From positions 36,014 to 71,202 of the forward strand of contig CAJINV010000041.1 of NCBI GenBank assembly GCA_905178155.1: 35,189 nt of DNA, given 5' to 3'. Both the position numbers and the translations under genes were made by a program. Below are positions 22,801 through 33,400 of this stretch, piece by piece (positions within the stretch are counted from its first letter, which is position 1; the number at the start of each line of letters is the position of its first letter). This DNA is from Amoebophrya sp. A120 (Eukaryota; Protista; Dinoflagellata). Under the pieces are notes generated by a model. It ran no database searches and was not told the DNA's origin. It saw only the letters and a list, made by a program, of their open reading frames with translations.

Positions 22801-25800
22801 ATGCATGATCGCAAAACCCTTAACCTGAGTCAGTGCCTTTGCTCCGTCACAGGAGGTATTCGTGGTCTATAGACGTCCGGCGACATGTATGAGTTCTATG
22901 ACGAGGAAGCCAACGCACGAAGCCGATCCGTTCGCCTGCTCCACAGGATCCGGGCGGTCACCAAGCATGCTGACAAGCTCATGGACCAACTATCGCATGC
23001 AAATATGTCTGGGTCTGGAAAAGTGGAACTTCGGTTGAATGTTTGGGAAGATGCAGTGTGTCATGCAAAGACTAAGTTTGTCATGCGTGCGACACATCAG
23101 ACGCCGCCAAACGAACCTGTCATGCTTGGCTGCACTCGAGAACACCAGACTCATCCATACTATCGCATCACAAATTTCCAGACCTTGCCATATTCGCAAT
23201 GCATACCCATTGCACAATAACTACGTCTTCCAGCAGCAGCTCCTGTGGAACGAGGCCCTGGAGGCTGAATTTCGTGCGGATCGGAAGGGCCCACAAAAAA
23301 ACAACCTACCGGCCCTTAACCGTGCGGCGGAAGAACCTGCTAAGGCCTCGACAGGACTTTCGGAGAGCAGGTATAGAAAAGACTAGACATTGTAAGACTA
23401 TGTCGAACAGCAAATAGTTTGCATTCGTGTTGCTGTTCACAAATGTTCTTGACTATGGTCCTTGGCAAGACTCGTTGAGGTTGTTTATTTATCGTGCAAA
23501 AAAACAAAATTGTTCCAATGGCAAAACAGCACTCCTGCGGGGCGCCACTATAGCGCCACCGAGTTGTCCCAGCAGCTGGTCGCTGTGTCCAACAGTGCTC
23601 TTCTGGCACGGGAAACGATCCTGAAGCAACAGCTCCATATCAAAAAGCTCCTAGCCGACCAGGACGTTCTCAAAGTTGAGCTCAAGCAACAAGTACGCAC
23701 TGCAAAAATGTCTGGGTCTGGAAAGATGCGAGGTTGTTTTATGCAGACCCTGGATTACGCAAAAATTTATGTTGCATGAACGCCAAAAGTTGTCGCATTT
23801 TTTCTACGCCGCAAGTGCCGACTTTCTCATGCAGGATAGGCATCAAGACACCTGGACAAAAGGTGAAATGCTTTTTCGCGCATAGCTGAGCATCTGCATG
23901 GTCCAAAAGATGCATGACAAACTTGCGCAGTCTTGTTCCACACCCAAACAACATATTTACAATGCATAAGAAGCCGGAGCAAGCAAGTACCTGCGACTCT
24001 CCATCGCCAAGACGAAACCCGAGCTGAAGGAGGAAGTGATATCAAATGCAAACATGTCTGGGTCTGGAAGACTGCAGATTTTTGTCATGCTGTTTTTGCA
24101 TGATACACAAGGTCTGTCATGGAAGCCCTAGCATCACAGCTTTCGAAAACGTTCCGCAATGCTTAATCCGCATACCAAATCCTCCTTTTTGGTGACAGGA
24201 AATTGGCACCCTTTGCTGCCTATGCATGAGACATTTGCCTGTGTAATTCGCATCACAAGTTCGGATCCTTCCAGACCCAGACATATTTGCATTGGAAAGG
24301 TCACGAAGCTTTACCATTCGTTTCTGAAGCAGGACTGGACCTTCCTCGAAGAGCTACCCGCGGATATGGACCAGGACCTAGTCGGCTCTGCGAGGTCGTA
24401 CGCGTCGCAATACCGCATCGAAGAATCTATCCACGCCATAGTACAACAAGGCTGCTAGAATGTTGCGTCCTTTTACCTGCATGTTGCAGTGCAACAAGGC
24501 TCGTGGGAAATAATCTGATGGACCCCAACGAACATTTTGTCACGCGGCGAGCATGATAACAGGCAGCAGTAGCCGGCTTTTGTACAACAGCTCACAGTGC
24601 AATTGTGACAAAAGGTCGATTGAACGCAGAGCTAGCAAAAACCAAACAATGGCGTGCATAGATATTTTGCAACGGAATACGTACTACACTTTTCTCGTCG
24701 CGTACGGAGCCCGCTTCTTCATGGACCCACGTTTCGTCGAGATTGCCGATCGCAGCGAGCAGACGTTTATTCACCAACCTTTGGACACTACGACCTCCAA
24801 AACCGAGATAAATGCGTCGACTTCTTCTTCTGCACCAAAAGTCCGACAACACATGCCGCAGCTGTACGACCCTACCCTCGCTGCCGAAATCTTTCAAAAG
24901 CAGGCGGAGCAGATCAAAAAACTCGAGCAGGAAAAGGACGCCCGGAAGGCCATCGCTGGTCGCAGGACAGCGGAGGGACTGAATAATAACTCCAGAAACT
25001 ACGAACCTACAGGAGGACTCGCCGGCGAGTTGACAGCTGCCGGTTTCTCCTCCTCGTCCGGTGCCCCAAGTAGCAGCTCGGCGAAACAGGTGTCGGTGCC
25101 AGAATCTCTGTTGCCGCGGGTGGAAAGGAGTGATACTACGGGAGCGGCGGCGAGTTCGAGCAGTGTTAGTGGGAAGGAGGTAGTGGAAAACAACAGCAGT
25201 GCAACGCCTGCGACGTCGCAAGGGCTATGGATTGCAAAAATGCCTGGGTCTGAAACTTGTAATGCTGTCTCTGGATTCTAAAAAAGTTTGTATTGCATGA
25301 CCAGCAAGAGGACTCCAGTTTGTGCTACACTTCTCTCTGGGCATTTCTCATGCGGTAGAGGCATCACAAAGGCCTCTAAAAATCTGTGATGCTAGGATCA
25401 TGCATCATAGACGGCGTTGGTCATTCAAACTATGCATGACAAACTTGCCATTTTGCATTGGATAAGGGCCAACCACGAACAACTTATCCGACAGGAAAGT
25501 GCAGCCAGATCAAAAGAAATAATGAATTTGTCTTGCTATTTTTCTGGAACAAAGGACGAGTCATTTGTGATGCTGATCATCTGCAAGACAGACGAGAACT
25601 TGTCACGCAAAACGAACATTGTAATGCAACATTGGGATGAAACAAGGTTGGCAAGAAAATTTGTGATGCTCAACAGGCAGGAAAGAGCTTTTTGTGGCAC
25701 AACAAAAAAAGCATGGGAAATGGTATTTTAGAATTTCATCTGGGTGCACTTTTCTCTCGGATACAGTTCCTCCGCTAGTACTACTAGCACTGCTGCAGTA

Positions 25801-25887
25801 TTGAACCGCAGAAAACAGTCGTCCTCGCCGACCGAAGGCGCACCGGTGCGGAAGCGGCGGCACACGATTACAGGCTACCGCAAGTGA
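16803..25887 (+). CDS. multi-exon hypothetical protein, paralogue 2 (20-aa QSSYQQTGGSQPSNLQFGGA repeats, coiled coils, C-terminal RKRRHTITGYRK)
   Basis: Long exons 16803-18033, about 19803-21322, about 22250-22771; junctions across introners restore frame; colinear similarity with paralogue 1; some junctions unresolved. Confidence 0.65.
17088..17745 (+). repeat. 60-bp coding tandem repeat, about 11 copies
   Basis: lines 17101 and 17161 are identical 60-mers; copies diverge progressively toward the 3' end. Confidence 0.97.
18034..18295. mobile_element. introner family A
   Basis: family A TIRs; perfect DR gggag; frame restored (PGDGGSSSPG). Confidence 0.95.
18342..18599. mobile_element. introner family A
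   Basis: tatcacccgcaaatatgtctgggtctggaa ... ttccagacccagacgtctttgcaattgata; DR ccatg/ctatg; interior similar to 27494 copy. Confidence 0.92.
19535..19799. mobile_element. introner family A (diverged right end)
   Basis: tatgcattgcaaatatgtctgggtttggaa start; cagacatgcttgcactgaaca end; exact right boundary uncertain by about 1 nt. Confidence 0.7.
21531..21832. mobile_element. introner family F
   Basis: tatcctacagaacagcacacacatac ... gtatgggtgtgctgttctggagggta; DR aacca/agcca. Confidence 0.85.
21890..22141. mobile_element. introner family F
   Basis: tatcctacagaagagtacgcacatac ... gtgtgtgtgcttttgttcgcaata; DR gtggg/atggg. Confidence 0.78.
22991..23205. mobile_element. introner family A
   Basis: tatcgcatgcaaatatgtctgggtctggaaa ... 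tttccagaccttgccatattcgcaatgcata; DR ccaac/cccat; frame restored (MDQLHNNYVF). Confidence 0.88.
23694..23968. mobile_element. introner family A
   Basis: tacgcactgcaaaaatgtctgggtctgg ... catatttacaatgcata; DR acaag/agaag; frame restored (LKQQAGASKY). Confidence 0.88.
24040..24298. mobile_element. introner family A
   Basis: family A TIRs, right end ggaaa; DR agtga/ggtca (both changes synonymous); frame restored (KEEVTKLYHSF). Confidence 0.9.
25226..25464. mobile_element. introner family A, opposite orientation to 18034, right TIR internally deleted
   Basis: perfect DR agggc; right end retains only cattttgcattggata. Confidence 0.92.
25485..25763. mobile_element. introner family D
   Basis: tatccgacaggaaagtgcagccagat ... 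atctgggtgcacttttctctcggata; DR caact/cagtt; removal yields the C-terminus matching paralogue 1. Confidence 0.9.
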
Positions 25888-26359
25888 CGCAAAATTCTTC
25901 CTCATTACAACCATGTCAGTGTGTAATGCATAGGATTGTGCGGAAGTGCATGATGGGTGACTGCGGATTTTTCTCGATCTTGGAAAAGAGATGAGGCGTA
26001 TAGCATTGTTCAAACTGACATGTGCTGCAATGACGAAAATTTTCCATTTCATAGTACATAATTTCTTGCGGCAAGAAGGACGGACGGTGCAAGGAGGACA
26101 CAGTGGTGGAAAATTGTAAATCTCATGTGATGTAAAGTAAGTACAAGTAAAACAATACAATTTTAGTAAGTACACAGTTCCAGTATATGCAAAGTATCAC
26201 TTTATCAGTTCTTGCTGCACAGGTGAAATAAAGTATGATTTCGAACTGACAAAATTTCAGATCAACAGCGGTTTAGTTGCAAGATTTCTAACCAAGTGCT
26301 CTCGATCTTTCTTTTGGCACCAAGAACTACTGACAAGTTACCGTTTGATGAAACTCAAG
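25888..26359 (+). repeat. 3' flank of paralogue 2, homologous to 15581-16094
   Basis: 17-nt identity at 26073-26089 vs 15755-15771 plus other colinear blocks. Confidence 0.8.
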
Positions 26360-27432
26360 TATAAGTGTTTCGTAGTAAAAGCAAAAGTGAACCCCAGCGA
26401 AAAACAAAGGTGAATTATCAGAAGCAATTTTTGATTACAAAGAGGAAACAAAACAATCGAATAGTAATGATTAGTGTCAGAATACCGGGTCAAAAAAATA
26501 AAGCACTGAGCGTTTATGCGGAAGTAAAACGATAGGAAAAAAAGATAAACAAGACGATCACAAGCAGAAAATGTAGTGGTGGTTTCAAGATTGATATTGC
26601 AGGAGAACCGGATGTACCGACAAGCGACACAAGCTGTCTCGTTTGTAGCATTAGCAAGCCGAAACTGTACAAACAGCCTACACTTCTAAAGCGAAAATTC
26701 GATATTGTAGAAAGCAAAAGCGCTTTGACAACCGCAAAGTGACTGCTCGATTTAGCGATGGTTTTTTTGGTTGTTCAACATGTGAAGGTATCATTGTGAG
26801 GATATTTGTTCCACTCTATGCTATGTGTTGTTTTTTGAGTTGCGTTGGAGTTGCGTCCCAAAAGTCGTCTTGCGTTGGAGCTGCTTCTTGTCGCACAGTC
26901 TTGTGGCACAGTCTTGTGGCACGACATCAGTTGTGGCTGCCATAATTGAGTTGGAAATTCTTGTAAATGCTATTCTCTTCCCAATCCGTCGTGACTAGGG
27001 TGCGTTCGAAATGCCAAAGCTGCATTTCGGCTGCCAGGACTCCATATGTCGATGAATTGGGGTCCTGATAAAACCTGAGAGTTCTGGTTAAATTGCAAAA
27101 TTATAAACCAAGATGGACCTTGTCCACGTCGGTCAACAAACCGTTCTTTGCTGCTTCCTCCCCGCTTTCACAACCTGGTAGACGACAACTCCTAAGACGG
27201 CTGCGAGCAGACGAATCACCTGAGCGCGGCGAGGACCATTTTTGCGCTCTTCTGCAATACAGTGGAGAAGTTATTTGGCGCGCCTGCGGACACGAATTGC
27301 GCAGCGGCAGCGAAAATGCAGGACCGCACAAACGGCTCTGCCTGCTGTCGATCCACCTCCTGAAGAACTACACGTGCAATTGCAATTTCGCAAGACAAGT
27401 TACGGCGGATCCACTGTCCCTGTCCGTGAAAA

Positions 27433-30400
27433 ATGACAGAGATCAGCGTCAAAGTCGCGGTCCGGGTTCGGCCGTGGAATGACCGTGAGAAACTATCAAA
27501 TGCAAGTATGTCTGGGATTGGAAGTTTGCTACATTTGTCATGCATGTCTAACATGAATCAACAATCTGTGATGCATGGGCACCAAAAAGCCCTCTTATCT
27601 GTCATGCAAAATCGCAGTTTGTCATGCGTAATACGCAACACCTAGCAGCCCAAAAATTTCTCATGTTTGGCTGCGGATTGCAGGTGTGCGCCTACTGATT
27701 CACTTTTAGCATCACAACTCTCCAGACGAAGACATACTTGCTTTGCATAGAAGCAGATGCAGTGTAAACTCGCGGTGGAGATGCCGCCGACGTCGGGAAA
27801 CGAATATCAGAGGGCACATGTCTCCCTTCCCCTCATTCGTAGTGCAAAAAGGCCAAATCCTGTCGGAACTCTTTGGCTGTGCTTGCATGACAAGTTCTGG
27901 AAGCTGCCGCCCAAACTGCACTTTGCTCCGTGCGTGCGTTTGTAATGCTCAGACTGCATTTTTGAGGTGGTTTGTGATGCTACAAATGCATCCTTCCAAA
28001 TTACGGGGAGGGGGACGAGTTGTGTACTCGCATCACGAACTCCCGAATACCACCGTTCTGAAAGACCTGGACGACACGGGAGCGGAAAAACAATTCACGT
28101 TCGACTACTCGTTCTGGTCGCACGATGGTTTCGTGGAGGATGAGAAAACCGGGCTCACGGTGCCGGATGTTGCCAGTGTGGCCGCCGGCGGGGGCGGCGG
28201 CAAGAAAGGCAACAGCAAGCCGGTATACGCGAGCCAGCAGACGGTTTACGACAAGCTCGGCGTCACGGTGCTCAATAACGCGTGGGAGGGCTACCACTGT
28301 TGTCTATTCGCGTATGGACAGACCGGCGCTGGGAAGTCGTACTCCATGGTCGGGTACGGGGCGAACAAGGGCATCGTGCCGCTGGCGTGTGACGAAATCT
28401 TCCAGCGCATTGACAAAAACAAGGACAAGAACCTCGAGTACGACGTGGTCGTGTCCATGTTGGAAATCTACAACGAGAAGGTGCAGGACCTGCTGATTCA
28501 CCCCAACAAGCGGCCGGTTGGAGGTCTGGAAATCCGCGAGTCGAAGGAGCTGGGCGTGTACGTGGCAAACCTGACCAAGTGCAAGGTGACCAGCTACAAG
28601 GAGATCGACCAGATCATGGAGCAGGGAATCGGGAATCGCACCATTGGCAGCACGCTGATGAACGCCACCAGCTCGCGGGCCCACACGGTGCTCGGCATCG
28701 AGTTGAAGCAGCTCTCACACGTCGGCGACCGCGTCGGGACGAAGTATCCTGAGGAAAAACGTCCCTACCCCAGAGTTTTCATGCAGATTTGCAATGACAA
28801 GGAAATTTCTGATGCGCACACCCATGGTAGACATTTCCATTCGTGTTTTGGAATTTGTGATGCTATGAACAGGATACCCAGATGAATCTCTGATGCAGCT
28901 GCACTTGCTTAAGTACCTGCACTATGCTACGGAGTGCATTTTGTCATGCGTGACTCCCAGAACTCCTAGGTTTGTGTTGCAACATCCCCATCTTGACTCT
29001 GGTGTGGGGACGTTTTCACTCAGGATACGAAGATGTCCGTCATCTACCTGGTGGACTTGGCTGGCAGCGAGAAGGCCGCGAAGACGGGCGCGACGGGAGA
29101 CCGGCTGAAGGAGGGCATATCAAATGCAAAAATGTCTGGGTCGGGCAGATTGCGAGATATGTCATGCTATAATCTGGCATGATTCTGAACTCTGTATTGC
29201 GTGGCCGCACAGAGCTCCTCCTCCCTGCCATGCTAAAATGCAGCTTCTCATGCGGAATACGCAACTCAGAACCATGAACATAAACTTGTCATGCTTGGCG
29301 GCGCATTAAAGTGAGCTCACTATTCCCTTCCTTGCATCACAAGTTTCCCGACCCAGACATTTTTGCACTTGATAGGGCAGCGCGATCAACAAAAGCCTGT
29401 CCTGCCTGGGAAACGTGATCGAGAAACTGGCGGACGCGTGCAGTGGCTATGATTTGTAAAAACGTCCCCACACCATAGTTGTCATGCTAGTCTGCATGCC
29501 AAAAAAGTTTGTCATGTTGAGCGCCATGAGAGGCATTTTCTAGTAGTGTTTTGGAATTTGTGACGCTATAATCAGAATGATATACTAGATCTGTGATGCT
29601 GCTGAACTACGTAAATAGGATTACACTACGAGGAGACACTTGTCATGCCAAACGACCAAAGCTGGCTGATTTGTCTAGCAGATTTCCCATCTTGACTCTG
29701 GTGTGGGGACGTTTTTACAAATGATAGTGGCAAGGTCGCTCTGAAAAACATCGTGATTCCCTACCGGGACAGCAAGCTGACCCGGCTGCTGCAGAACGCG
29801 CTGGGAGGCAGCTCCTTCACCGTCATGATCTGTGCGATTTCGCCCGCGAGTAACAATTACCAGGAGTCGCTGTCCACGCTGCGGTACGCAGACCGCGCGA
29901 AAAAGATCAAAAACCAGTCCGTGGTCAACGAGGACCCGCAAGACAAGATCATTCGGCAGCTGCGCGAGGAAAACGCCAAACTCCGGGAAATGGTGGAGCA
30001 AGGGGGTGGCGTGCAGGTGGAAACGAAAACCGTCGAAAAGCTGGTGGTGGACGAAGCGGCCATGGGCAAGGCAAAGGAGAAACACGAGAAGGAGATCAAG
30101 GCGCTGGAGGACGCGCTGATCCAGATGCAGCAGGATTTCTTCAAAAAGTTGCAGGAGGAGAAGAACAAAAAGAAGGTCGAAACGGTGGTGGAGGAAAAAG
30201 AGATCGTCACCGTGAAGGAAATATCCTGAGTAAAAACGTCCCCGCCCCAGAGTTGTCATGCAGACTTGCAATGCCAGGAACATTTGTGATGCGCATCCCC
30301 ATGATAAGTAGGCATTTACAAGCGTGCTTTCGGAGTTGTAATGCTGTAACCAGGATACTAAGCACACGGATTTGTAATGCGGCTGTCCTTTCCAACCTGC

Positions 30401-33400
30401 ACTACACTACACCACTGCAACTTGTCATGCGTGACTGCCGAAGCTTCTGGATTTGTGTTGCGAGCGCACCGTCTTGAATCTGGTGCGGGGTCGTTTTTCC
30501 TCAGGATAGGATATCGTCGTGCAGGAGAAGATTCGGGAGAAGCATCTCGACTTGCCGCACATTTCCAACCTGCACGAGGACCCCATGCTCGCCGGGAAAC
30601 TGCACTACTCCTTCCCGCCGCCGGGCAAGGACGACAAGGACGACAAAACGGAATGGTGGCTCGGACGGCAAGTGTTGAACGAGAACTGGAAGCCGCACGT
30701 GGTGCTTGCTGGCGTCGGCATCCAGAAGAAGCACTGCCGCATCACGTCGAAGAAGGATCCGAAAACCAAGAAGAACGTGGTGACGCTGTTCGTTTCGGAC
30801 AAGACTGCCATCGAGACCACCTTCGTCAACGGCGACAACTTCTTCTTCGAGGGCGGCGAGGGCTGCGAGCTGACGCACGGCGACCGCCTGATCATCGGCC
30901 AGAATTACGTGTTCGTGTACATCGATCCGGCCACGTTCCTCTCATCTGCGGACGGGAAAACGGAGTACTGCAACGACCTGATTGACGCGGGGAAGTGCAG
31001 CTACGAGTTGGCCAAGAAGGAGCTGGCCGAGAAGCAGGGCGACCTGTTTCTGTCCGGGCAGATGAATAAAGATGCAGTGTCGTCGAACCAGGAGAATCTG
31101 AAGCAGTTGGAGGAGCAGAAGAAGCTGCAGCTGGAATACGAGGAGAAGCTGAAGCAAGCCGAGCAGAAGAAGCAGAAGGCGCAAGAAGAGATGCTGCTTG
31201 AGCTGAAAAAGAAGGAGGAGGAGTACCAGCAGGAGCTTTTGCGGATGCAGAAGCAGATGGCCGAGTCCGAGCTCAGCCAGGAGCTGAACCAGGAAAAAAA
31301 ACAGGAGTCCGAGCTGAAAAAGATGGAGCTGGAGTACAAGCAGCGCAAAAAGCAGATCGAACTGAAGAACCGCCGGGAAATTTACCTGATCGAGAAGAAG
31401 CAGCGCATGCTTATCCCGAGTAAAAATGTCCCCACCCCAGAGTTGCCATGCAAATCTGCATGCCAAAAAAGTTTCTCACGCGGAGCGGCCCCATGAGACC
31501 CATTTTCCAATCCTGTTTTGGAATTTGCGATGCTTGAATCACCATGGTATGCTACATCTGTGATGCTTCTGAACTAGCTAAACACGACTGATTACACTGC
31601 GCGGACAAACTTGTCATGCCAAACAACCAGAGCTGGTTGATTTGTCTAGCAGATTTTCCATCTAAACTCTGGTGTGGGGACGTTATTAATCAGGACAACG
31701 CTCGCCCTCGAGGAAAAATTGCGCAAGGACCGCGAGCAGGACATTGCCGTCATTGAATATCAAAAGGAAAAATCCCCCCTCCCCATATCGAAAGCGAAAT
31801 TTGTGATGCTGTATTTGAGTACACAAATCGACTTGTAATGCTAGAAGGCCAAGAGACGCAGCGGTGGCCTCGTTTGCAGGCACTTTGTCATGCTGTTTCC
31901 CACTTCCAGCTGCCCCCTGTCATGCTGAAGATGCAAGGCTTTCTCACGCCAACCAGCACTACAGTCCGCATCTTTTCCCTTCTAGCATGACAAAGCTGAT
32001 TTGTGACCACAAATCTGCATCACAAGTTTCTAGTTTGAGTATGGGGTGGGGGGATTTTTCACTTTGATATTGAAGAGCTGCTGACCACCAATGTCCCGCT
32101 GTGCAAGGAGGCGACCGCCCTGTCGCTGGAGATGAACAAGGGCTACTCGTACCACCTCCGGCTGAACATCTTTCCCGTGACCGACATGGCCGGGAAGAGC
32201 CTCCGATCGGGCGGCTTCCGCCTGCTCCAGCCCTCCGTGCTGGTGGTGTGCAAGAGTGCGGAGGGCGACCAGCTCTTCGAGTGGGACGCGGACACGCTGG
32301 AGAACCGCGTGTTTCTCATGCGCGAACTTTTTGACCACTGGTGCCTAGGCGGCCAGTTCGACCTTAAGACGCTTCCGGTCGACCGCGACCCTTTCTGGGA
32401 CCCCGTCACGACCGAGTACTTCATCGGCAGCTGTCGTGTGTACTTGGAACCACTGATCTACGGCTGCCTCGTGTCCGTCGACGCCAAACTCCTGGGGCCG
32501 GAGGGCAAGCCGGCGGACGCCTACCTGCGCGTCGAGCTGGAGCGAAAGCAGAACTCCACGGAAAAGTCAAATGCGGGCGACAAAAAGTACGACTCCATCG
32601 AAGAGCTGGAGGACGAATGCGACCACGGCCTGACCGGCGGGAGTTTCAGCTTCAAAATCAAGGTGGCCAAGCTGCGGAAGCTGGACGCCAAGAAGTGGAA
32701 GAACCCGCGCGTCGAGTTTCAGTACTACGTCGACGAGAAAACGGTGGTGCGCCCGAAGCGGGACAACAAATCCGAGTTCATCTTCGACTACTCGAAGACG
32801 GTGAAACAAGATCCCGTCACGGAGCGGTATCTGGAGTATCTGCGAACGGGGGTGCTCACGTTTTCGGTCTTCGCCTTTTCCAAGCACGCTATCCAACTGG
32901 ACCAGGAGCAGTATTGTGAGGAAAAATCCCCCTTTCCCTTATCGAAAACGAAATTTGTGTCGCTGTATTTGAGTACACAAATCGCCTTGTATTGCTAGAA
33001 GGCCAAGAGACGCGGTTGCTATCTCGTTTGGAGGCAATTTGTCATGCTGTTTCCCGTTTCCAGTTGTTTCCTGTCTTTTGAAGACGCATGGCTTTCCTGC
33101 GCCCGCCAACACTACAATCCGAATCTCTTCCCTTCTAGCATGACCACGCCATTTGTGATCACAAATCATGCTGCACAAATCTCCGTTTTCATATACGGAG
33201 GGGAGATTTTTCATTTTGATAAGCAGCAAACCGAGCTTGCTGAACGCCAGGACCAAACCTCCTCGTCCCCGGACAGCAAGAAGAAAAAGGCTGAGGCGGC
33301 GCAGAAGAAAAAAACCGCGAACGAGAACGAAGAGCTGGATGCAAGCACCAGCGGAGCCTATTCTGGGCAAAAACGGCGGCAACACCCCATAGTCAATGAT

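Noticed and set aside
6439-29374. Recurring peptides MSGSG, KCLGLE, VWVWK, PDPDIF, FQTQT in many short ORFs
   Set aside because: They are six-frame translations of the family A TIR, not a protein domain.
29675-31466. Minus-strand L/F/S-rich ORFs (also 2745-3119, 16956-17702, 20357-20878)
   Set aside because: Antisense shadows of K/E/Q-rich or repetitive plus-strand exons.
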